From assembly GCA_016186915.1 (NCBI GenBank), contig JACPKU010000004.1, forward strand, positions 67,168 through 131,167: a stretch of DNA of 64,000 bases, written 5' to 3'. The DNA comes from Candidatus Doudnabacteria bacterium. GTDB taxonomy: Bacteria > Patescibacteriota > Doudnabacteria > UBA920 > O2-02-FULL-48-8. The position numbers and the translations under genes were made by a program. The notes beneath the pieces are model-generated. The model saw only the letters and a program-made list of their open reading frames with translations. It did no database searches and was not told where the DNA came from. Shown here one piece after another: positions 57,716-64,000 of this stretch. How positions within the stretch are numbered: position 1 is the first letter of the stretch; every line of letters starts with the position of its first letter.

Positions 57716-58996
57716 ATGGGCCGTCCCAAAAAAATTACCCCCGCAGTTGAAAAAGCCCCGAGCAGGTTGGAGGGAAGCATTGATCTGCTGTCCGAACATC
57801 ATTCCTGCTGGAATTTTTTTGTCGATCGATTGAATAATTTGTCTCAAACATTTAGCTACTCCAAATTAGACACGCCAATGTTGGAGGATGCGAAGTTGTT
57901 CAAATTTTGGACGGAGGCCGGTCCGGAACAGCTGTTGTTTTTTACGGACCATAAAGGGGTGCGCATGGCTGTCAAACCTACAAATTTATTTGGTGTGGCC
58001 CGCGCCTATCTCGAACATAAATTTTTTGAGAGAGAAAAAGTCACTAAATGGTTTTATCTTTCGCCAGTGGCTCATATTACTTCAGAGCAAAAAGTCAAGC
58101 AGCTTCATGAGTACGGCTTCCAGGTTTTTGGAGACACAGCCGGGATTGCGGACGCCCAGATTATCAACTTATTGATCAGATTGTTTAAAGAGGTGGGGCT
58201 GACCGGGGTGGGATTGCATATCAACAATATTGGCTGTCTGGAATGCCGGCCAATATTCAAAGAAGTTTTGAAGAATTTTTTCAAGGATAAAAAATATGAT
58301 CTTTGTGAAAGTTGTGTCGAATATTCGGACTCCAATCCGCTCAAGATTCTGGCTTGCAAAAATCTCTCATGTAACACGGTGATTGCCGAAGCGCCGGTGG
58401 GGGTTGATTATTTATGTGAAAATTGCCGCCGACACTTTATCGATGTTTTAGAGGGATTGGAAGAATTAAACATCCCGTTTAATCTGAATCAAAAAGTGAT
58501 CGGCTACCCTTGGTCCAGAAAAACCGTGTTTGAGCTCAGATCGCAGGATAGCAATCAAGAAATAAAATTAGGCGAGGGCGGACATGCCGACGATTTGATC
58601 CAAAGCCTGGGCGGCCCGGCAACTGTCGCGCTTGGTTTTGCCGGCACCATCCAAAGCGTTCTGGAGGCGCTGGAGCTTGCCAACATCAAATATTCCTCTC
58701 GCAGTAAAGTTGACGTGTTTTTAGTGCCACTGGGCGAACTGGCCGCCAAAAAGACCCTGCGCTTGTTTACTGATCTTTGGAACCATAATATCATGGCTTC
58801 AGAGTTTATCGGTCCAGCTTCAATTAAAACCCAGCTGAAATTGGCCGAATCAAACAAAGTGAGCATCGCACTGATCGTCGGCCAAAAAGAAGCCCGGGAT
58901 GGCACAGTGATTTTGCGCGACGTGCGCTCCGGCATGCAGGAATTGTTTACAGTTGAGCGGATTATAGAAGAAGTGAAGAAAAGATTGGGAAAGTAG
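57716..58996 (+). CDS. Histidyl-tRNA-synthetase-like protein with degenerate catalytic motifs
   Basis: HisRS layout with anticodon-binding domain; motif 2 and 3 arginines absent. Confidence 0.8.
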   Translation: MGRPKKITPAVEKAPSRLEGSIDLLSEHHSCWNFFVDRLNNLSQTFSYSKLDTPMLEDAKLFKFWTEAGPEQLLFFTDHKGVRMAVKPTNLFGVARAYLEHKFFEREKVTKWFYLSPVAHITSEQKVKQLHEYGFQVFGDTAGIADAQIINLLIRLFKEVGLTGVGLHINNIGCLECRPIFKEVLKNFFKDKKYDLCESCVEYSDSNPLKILACKNLSCNTVIAEAPVGVDYLCENCRRHFIDVLEGLEELNIPFNLNQKVIGYPWSRKTVFELRSQDSNQEIKLGEGGHADDLIQSLGGPATVALGFAGTIQSVLEALELANIKYSSRSKVDVFLVPLGELAAKKTLRLFTDLWNHNIMASEFIGPASIKTQLKLAESNKVSIALIVGQKEARDGTVILRDVRSGMQELFTVERIIEEVKKRLGK

Positions 58997-59113
58997 GGCG
59001 CTTGTCCTATAGTTTGGGTAGAAGGCCCAAGCTTTTATTTTGACTTATTGACTATTTTGTGCTATATATAAGGAAGCTATATAAAGATTTTTTTAAGGAA
59101 GGGGTGAACTTCG

Positions 59114-59356
59114 TTGGTTGAAGTAAAAAAGAAAGAAGGAGAATCGTTTGAAAGTCTCCTGAGACGTTTTAACCGCAAGATTCAGCAAAGCGGTGTTTTG
59201 ATTCGCGCTCGAAAAATCAGATTCTATACGCCGAACAAATCACGCAATTTGCTTCGGGTTGATGCGGCCAGAAGAGCTGAGAACCGGGAAAAAAGGGAAG
59301 AGTTGAAAAAACTTGGCAAACTGCCGCTTTTCAGCCGCCGCAATAAACGAAAGTAA
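59114..59356 (+). CDS. rpsU: 30S ribosomal protein S21
   Basis: 'ESFESLLRRF.RK.QQSG'; TTG start with SD. Confidence 0.88.
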   Translation: MVEVKKKEGESFESLLRRFNRKIQQSGVLIRARKIRFYTPNKSRNLLRVDAARRAENREKREELKKLGKLPLFSRRNKRK

Positions 59357-59363
59357 GAAAAAA

Positions 59364-59801
59364 ATGATTGAAGAAAAAATCGAAGCGGATTTAAAGAAGG
59401 CTATGAAAGAAAAAAACGCGCTGGTGCTTTCCGCGCTTCGAAATCTGAAAGCCGAGATGAAGAATGTTGCGATTGCCAAGGGTCAAAAGCTTGCGGATGA
59501 AGAAGTGATACAGGTCGTGAACAAAAAAGTGAGGCAGCACAAGGATTCGATTGAAAGCTTTAAGGCAGGAGGCAGGGCAGATCTGGAAAAACTAGAACAG
59601 GAGCAGATGACGGTGTTGCAGCAATATTTACCTAAACCACTTTCCGAGGACGAGGTGCAGGACTTGGTCAAAAAAGTTATTAGTGAGCTTGTTGCCCAGC
59701 CCCAAGATTTTGGCAAAGTTATGAAAGAAGTTTTAAGCCGGGCTGGTGGGCGGACTGACGGGAGCATCGTTTCTAAAATCGTCAAAGAAGAATTAAAGTA
59801 A
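59364..59801 (+). CDS. GatB/YqeY domain protein
   Basis: 'DLKKAMK', 'DSIESF..GGR.DL', 'YLP', 'FGKVM'. Confidence 0.92.
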   Translation: MIEEKIEADLKKAMKEKNALVLSALRNLKAEMKNVAIAKGQKLADEEVIQVVNKKVRQHKDSIESFKAGGRADLEKLEQEQMTVLQQYLPKPLSEDEVQDLVKKVISELVAQPQDFGKVMKEVLSRAGGRTDGSIVSKIVKEELK

Positions 59802-59886
59802 AGGCAACGAATTAAAAACGAATTTAAAGCGATCCGAATATGACGAATATGTATTTGTAGATTAGTATCGCGATAAACAAAAGCGA

Positions 59887-61134
59887 ATGGCAAAGGAACA
59901 AATTTTTATTGGTCTTGATATTGGCTCGTCCACCATCCGAGTGATAGTCGGCAAGCAAGAATCCGAACTGGGCAATCCCAGTATCATTGGGGTCGGGGAA
60001 GCGCATTCAGCCGGGATCCGTCGTGGGGTGATTGTGGATATAGACGAAGCGGTGTCCAGCATTTCCGAAGCTTTGGAAAAAGCCGAGCGCATGACAGGCC
60101 TTAGTTTGGATCACGCGGTGGTGTCAGTTGGGGGCGCGCAAATTACTTCTCATGAGAGCCACGGGGTGATTGCGGTATCGAGAGCAGACGGCGAGATTAC
60201 AGAAAATGACGTGGTTCGGGTAGTGGACGCCTCTCAAGCGATTTCAATTCCAGCCAACAGAGAGATCCTGCATGTGATTCCGAAGACTTTTACAGTGGAC
60301 GGGCAAACCGGGATAAAAGATCCGGTGGGCATGTCCGGCATCAGGCTGGAGGTGGACACAGAGATTATTCAGGCTGCCGTGCCATTTATTAAAAATTTGA
60401 CCAAGTGTATAATGCAGGCCGGGCTTGAGATTGATGATTTGGTGCTGGCTCCCTTGGCCGCTGCCCAGGCCGTGCTCACCAAAAAACAGAAGGAATTGGG
60501 AGTGGTGGTGATTGAGCTTGGTGGCGGCACCACGGGTATGGTAGTATTTGAAGAGGCCAACTTAGTGGCGGCTAATATTCTGCCTGTGGGCGCCATGCAT
60601 ATTACCAATGATCTGGCCATTGGGCTGAGAACCTCCGTGGAGACCGCGGAAAAAATCAAACTTCAGTATTCTTCCGCGGAATCAAAGAAGCTGAAAAAAG
60701 ATTCAGAGCTTGATCTGTCCAAGATAGACAAACAGGAAGAAGGCCGAGTTTCACTTAAGCACATCGTGGAAATCACAGAAGCTCGTCTGGAAGAAATTTT
60801 TGATTTAGTAAACAAAGAACTGCGAGCGATCAACAAAGACGGGCAATTGCCTTCGGGCGCTGTTTTAACCGGCGGCGGAGCAAACTTGCCAGGCGTGGTG
60901 GATCTGGCCAAAAAGCAGCTGCGTCTCCCGGTAAGCCTCGGCCTTCCCAGCTCGGTGGCCACTGTGATTGACCGGGTTAATGATCCGGCATTTGCCACCG
61001 GCGTGGGATTAGTGATGTGGGGCAATGAATTTTTGCTGGGCTCTTCTCATGCCATCAATAAATTTGCCAGAAGCGTTTTAGAAAATGACTCGGTGGCCAA
61101 ATTAAGGAAATGGTTTAAATCGTTTTTGCCATAA
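59887..61134 (+). CDS. ftsA: Cell division protein FtsA
   Basis: 'GLDIGS', 'DPVGMSG.RLE', 'LTGGGA'. Confidence 0.96.
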   Translation: MAKEQIFIGLDIGSSTIRVIVGKQESELGNPSIIGVGEAHSAGIRRGVIVDIDEAVSSISEALEKAERMTGLSLDHAVVSVGGAQITSHESHGVIAVSRADGEITENDVVRVVDASQAISIPANREILHVIPKTFTVDGQTGIKDPVGMSGIRLEVDTEIIQAAVPFIKNLTKCIMQAGLEIDDLVLAPLAAAQAVLTKKQKELGVVVIELGGGTTGMVVFEEANLVAANILPVGAMHITNDLAIGLRTSVETAEKIKLQYSSAESKKLKKDSELDLSKIDKQEEGRVSLKHIVEITEARLEEIFDLVNKELRAINKDGQLPSGAVLTGGGANLPGVVDLAKKQLRLPVSLGLPSSVATVIDRVNDPAFATGVGLVMWGNEFLLGSSHAINKFARSVLENDSVAKLRKWFKSFLP

Positions 61135-61153
61135 ATTAATTTTCTCTTTTATT

Positions 61154-62299
61154 ATGACGAAATTTAAATCTTCGGAGGTGAAGCCAAAAATAGAGACCTT
61201 TGCCCGCATCAAAGTTATCGGCGTGGGAGGTTCAGGACACAACGCTATCCACCGGATGATGGAAACCGGAATCAGAGGGGTGGAATTTGTGGCGATCAAC
61301 ACTGATGCGCAGGCGCTGCATCACTCGCAGGCTGATCAAAAAATTCATATTGGCAGAAATTTGACTCGGGGGTTGGGAGCGGGCATGAACCCGGAGATCG
61401 GCCGGGCGGCGGCGGAAGAAGGCAAGGCTGAGATTTTGGATGTGATCAAAAATGCTGACATGATTTTTATCACTTGCGGTCTCGGCGGCGGTACGGGCAC
61501 GGGTGCGGCGCCGGTGGTGGCGGAGTTGGCCAAGAAAAACGGCATTCTGACTGTGGCGGTGGTGACCAGACCTTTTACTTTTGAAGGTGTAAAGCGCCGA
61601 GAGATTGCGGACAAAGGCGTGGCTGAGCTCAAACAGCAGGTGGATACGATTATTATTATTCCCAATGATCGAATTTTGCAGTTGGTAGACAAGAAGACTT
61701 CTCTTCTGGACGCATTTAAAACCGTGGATGATGTGCTGCGCCAAGGCGTGGCCGGGATTTCGGACTTAATCACCATCCCAGGCATGATCAATGTGGACTT
61801 TGCGGATGTAAAAGCCATAATGCAAAACGCCGGCTCGGCCTTGATGGGAATCGGCCGAGGCACGGGCGAGAACCGAGCGCAGGATGCCGCACGCATGGCT
61901 GTGGATTCACCGCTTTTGGGCCTGTCCATCGAGGGCGCAAAAGGGGTGCTGTTCAATGTTACGGGTGGGAAAGATCTGGGAATGTTTGAAGTGGATGAGG
62001 CGGCCAAATTCATCACCAAATCAGCTGACCCAGATGCAAAGGTCATCTTTGGGGCAGTGATTGACCAAGAAATGGACGAGGAAGTGAAGATCACGGTGAT
62101 TGCCACTGGGTTTTCCTCTGACGGTGGATCTTTCTCCGGCACAGACGGGGCATTGAGCAGAGAAGAGCCGACATATGAGCCAGCACCTGCCACTGCTTTC
62201 CGACCCAAGTCGATTGACGACGACGACGATCACAAACCAGACGACGATGATCAGGACGAATTGGAAATCCCGGCGTTTATAAGAAAGAAGATAAAGTAA
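61154..62299 (+). CDS. ftsZ: Cell division protein FtsZ
   Basis: 'GGGTGTG', 'NVDFADV', C-terminal 'LEIPAFIRK'. Confidence 0.98.
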   Translation: MTKFKSSEVKPKIETFARIKVIGVGGSGHNAIHRMMETGIRGVEFVAINTDAQALHHSQADQKIHIGRNLTRGLGAGMNPEIGRAAAEEGKAEILDVIKNADMIFITCGLGGGTGTGAAPVVAELAKKNGILTVAVVTRPFTFEGVKRREIADKGVAELKQQVDTIIIIPNDRILQLVDKKTSLLDAFKTVDDVLRQGVAGISDLITIPGMINVDFADVKAIMQNAGSALMGIGRGTGENRAQDAARMAVDSPLLGLSIEGAKGVLFNVTGGKDLGMFEVDEAAKFITKSADPDAKVIFGAVIDQEMDEEVKITVIATGFSSDGGSFSGTDGALSREEPTYEPAPATAFRPKSIDDDDDHKPDDDDQDELEIPAFIRKKIK

Positions 62300-62361
62300 G
62301 CCTTCGACAAGCTCAGGCATCAAGGTTGCTCCCTGAGTGAAGCGAAGCGGAATCGAAGGGT

Positions 62362-62613
62362 ATGCTCAGCAAACCTCTGGTATTTACCGCCCTATTATTC
62401 CAAATCATCGGTTTGGTTTGGGATTTAGTGGTGCACTTTCAGGCCGGAAGATTAAGCGAATTTTTTGAAGCGCCTCATTGGCCGATATTTTTGGGATTTG
62501 TTTTGCTTCTTGTAGCTGTCTTACAATCTGGAAACACTAGCCAGAGGAACATCGAAAAAGAAACAGACCAAGAGCCAACACCTCCCAACCCAGAAGAACA
62601 TAATCAGATATAG
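62362..62613 (+). CDS. Small membrane protein
   Basis: Two TM segments with 'WD..VH' and 'PH'; terminator at about 62625-62652. Confidence 0.6.
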   Translation: MLSKPLVFTALLFQIIGLVWDLVVHFQAGRLSEFFEAPHWPIFLGFVLLLVAVLQSGNTSQRNIEKETDQEPTPPNPEEHNQI

Positions 62614-62737
62614 AAAATGCCACTGCCCTGTCATACGGACAGGGCTTTTTTTATTTGTATAAAAACCAATATTTCCAAATTTAATGGTATTTGCTATGCT
62701 GGAGTGATTCGTACACTTCGTTTTCGAACCGGAGGAG

Positions 62738-64000
62738 ATGATGTCCAATTTAATGCTTCCGGGTAACCCCCGGTATCAGCCCAGGCAGCTGCTCGAGATC
62801 TTTGGCTACGACAACCTCGTACGCACCTTGTACGAGGTCGAGTTGGCTGGGCTCGATGTGCTCGCGGAAATCGCGTTGATCCCGAGTGGCGACTACTCGC
62901 TTCTGACCCCTGACATTCGTGGCCGGATTCTTGCAATTCAGACCACGGCCGTCGACGAGCTGGAACGGAAGGTCACCAAGCATGATGTGCGCGCTGCGGT
63001 GCGTCTCATGCAGGATCTTCTACCCCTTCCGTTGCGACGTTGGGTTCACATCCCCTACACCAGCTACGACCCGTTGGATACTGGCCGTTCGCTTCAGTTT
63101 ATCCGCGCTCAGCGGCAGGTCATGGCTCCTTCACTCGTCAAAGCGGCCAAGCAGATGGCCGAGTTTACACGAGAGTTCGCTGGCCAAGTCCAGATCGGCC
63201 GGACCCACGGTCAGCACGCCCTACCTATCACGGTCGGGTTCTGGTTCGCCACGATTCTCAACCGGGTGCTCGACAATCTTCAGGAGATGGATACCCGAGC
63301 AGGTCAGCTCGTGGGCAAGATCTCGGGTGCTGTGGGTGCGTACAACGCGCAGGTTCATCTGGGCATTGCAGAGCGGTGCGGTTCGTTGAGCTTCGAGGCG
63401 CGAGTGCTTCAGAAGCTCGGTCTGAAGCCAGCGGCAATCAGTACTCAGATCCTACCGCCGGAACCGCTGGCGCACTACCTCTTTGCGGTCTTGTTGCAGA
63501 CCGCGGCGTTCGCCCAGCTCGGTCGCGACTGCCGTCATCTCATGCGCACTGAAATCGGGGAAGTTGCGGAAGGTTTTTCTAAAGACCAAGTCGGTTCCTC
63601 GACCATGGGCCACAAGCGTAACCCAATCAACTTCGAACAGTTGGAAGGCATGCTCAAGAAGAACATCGGTGAATTCGTGAAGGTCTTGCTGACGTTCATC
63701 AGTGAGCACCAGCGGGACCTGACGGACAGCGCGGTTTTTCGGGACTTCCCGATCCTCGTGGTCAATCTCGCCAACCAACTCAACACGCTGCTGCGGGCCG
63801 ATCCGGAAAGCGGGCAAACATTCCTGCAGCGCGTGACCGTCGATCGGCAAGCATGCTGGCGGAATTTTCAGATGTCGGCCAATGTCATTTTGGCCGAGCC
63901 GCTCTACATCGCGCTGCAGATGTCAGGATACGAGGGCGATGCCCATGAGCTCGTCAATCGCTACCTTGTGCCAGCGGCCAAGGCGAGCGAGCGGCTGCTC
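62738..64000 (+). CDS. purB: Adenylosuccinate lyase family protein, runs off the window end (absent from the ORF track)
   Basis: Manual translation: 'TKHDV', 'TSYD', 'GRTHGQHA.P', 'SGAVG', 'GSSTMGHKRNP'; GGAGG SD. Confidence 0.85.
   Translation, partial: MMSNLMLPGNPRYQPRQLLEIFGYDNLVRTLYEVELAGLDVLAEIALIPSGDYSLLTPDIRGRILAIQTTAVDELERKVTKHDVRAAVRLMQDLLPLPLRRWVHIPYTSYDPLDTGRSLQFIRAQRQVMAPSLVKAAKQMAEFTREFAGQVQIGRTHGQHALPITVGFWFATILNRVLDNLQEMDTRAGQLVGKISGAVGAYNAQVHLGIAERCGSLSFEARVLQKLGLKPAAISTQILPPEPLAHYLFAVLLQTAAFAQLGRDCRHLMRTEIGEVAEGFSKDQVGSSTMGHKRNPINFEQLEGMLKKNIGEFVKVLLTFISEHQRDLTDSAVFRDFPILVVNLANQLNTLLRADPESGQTFLQRVTVDRQACWRNFQMSANVILAEPLYIALQMSGYEGDAHELVNRYLVPAAKASERLL

Noticed and set aside
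62694-63850. Several short ORFs on both strands
   Set aside because: Shadows of the GC-rich purB-like frame that runs off the window end.
1-64000. Alternative genetic code (UGA=Gly, code 25)
   Set aside because: Conserved genes are full-length under code 11 and several end in TGA at expected positions (rpsF, topA, dprA).

Overview
Bacterial chromosome segment using genetic code 11. Gene content and order (rpsF-ssb-rpsR, efp, secG, dprA-capA-topA, lepB-hisS-like-rpsU-yqeY-ftsA-ftsZ, few biosynthetic genes) suggest a Patescibacteria/CPR genome; this is inferred. It is mostly housekeeping genes, interrupted by GC-rich, Shine-Dalgarno-led single genes. The main signal lies outside the ORF track. 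Several families of short palindromic (REP-like) elements pervade the region: they sit in-frame inside conserved proteins (TrxB, DnaJ twice, Dus, TopA, UvrC, CapA, Pth, Der), re-supply start codons, and interrupt tRNA genes. Two independent loci contain nested ('Russian-doll') tRNA genes: 16410-16890 (Leu-CAG, three layers) and 56660-57059 (Val-type, three layers plus a fragment). In each, an inverted-repeat element tagged with TTTA/TTCA splits a tRNA gene and carries another tRNA gene between its arms, twice in succession, and only the innermost copy is intact. A similar 'disrupted old copy next to a working copy' pattern occurs at the rnj 3' end and the hrcA CIRCE/promoter. No transposase is visible; a small GIY-YIG nuclease gene enclosed in its own inverted repeat is the only candidate mobiliser. 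All calls come from reading motifs by eye; no searches were run.
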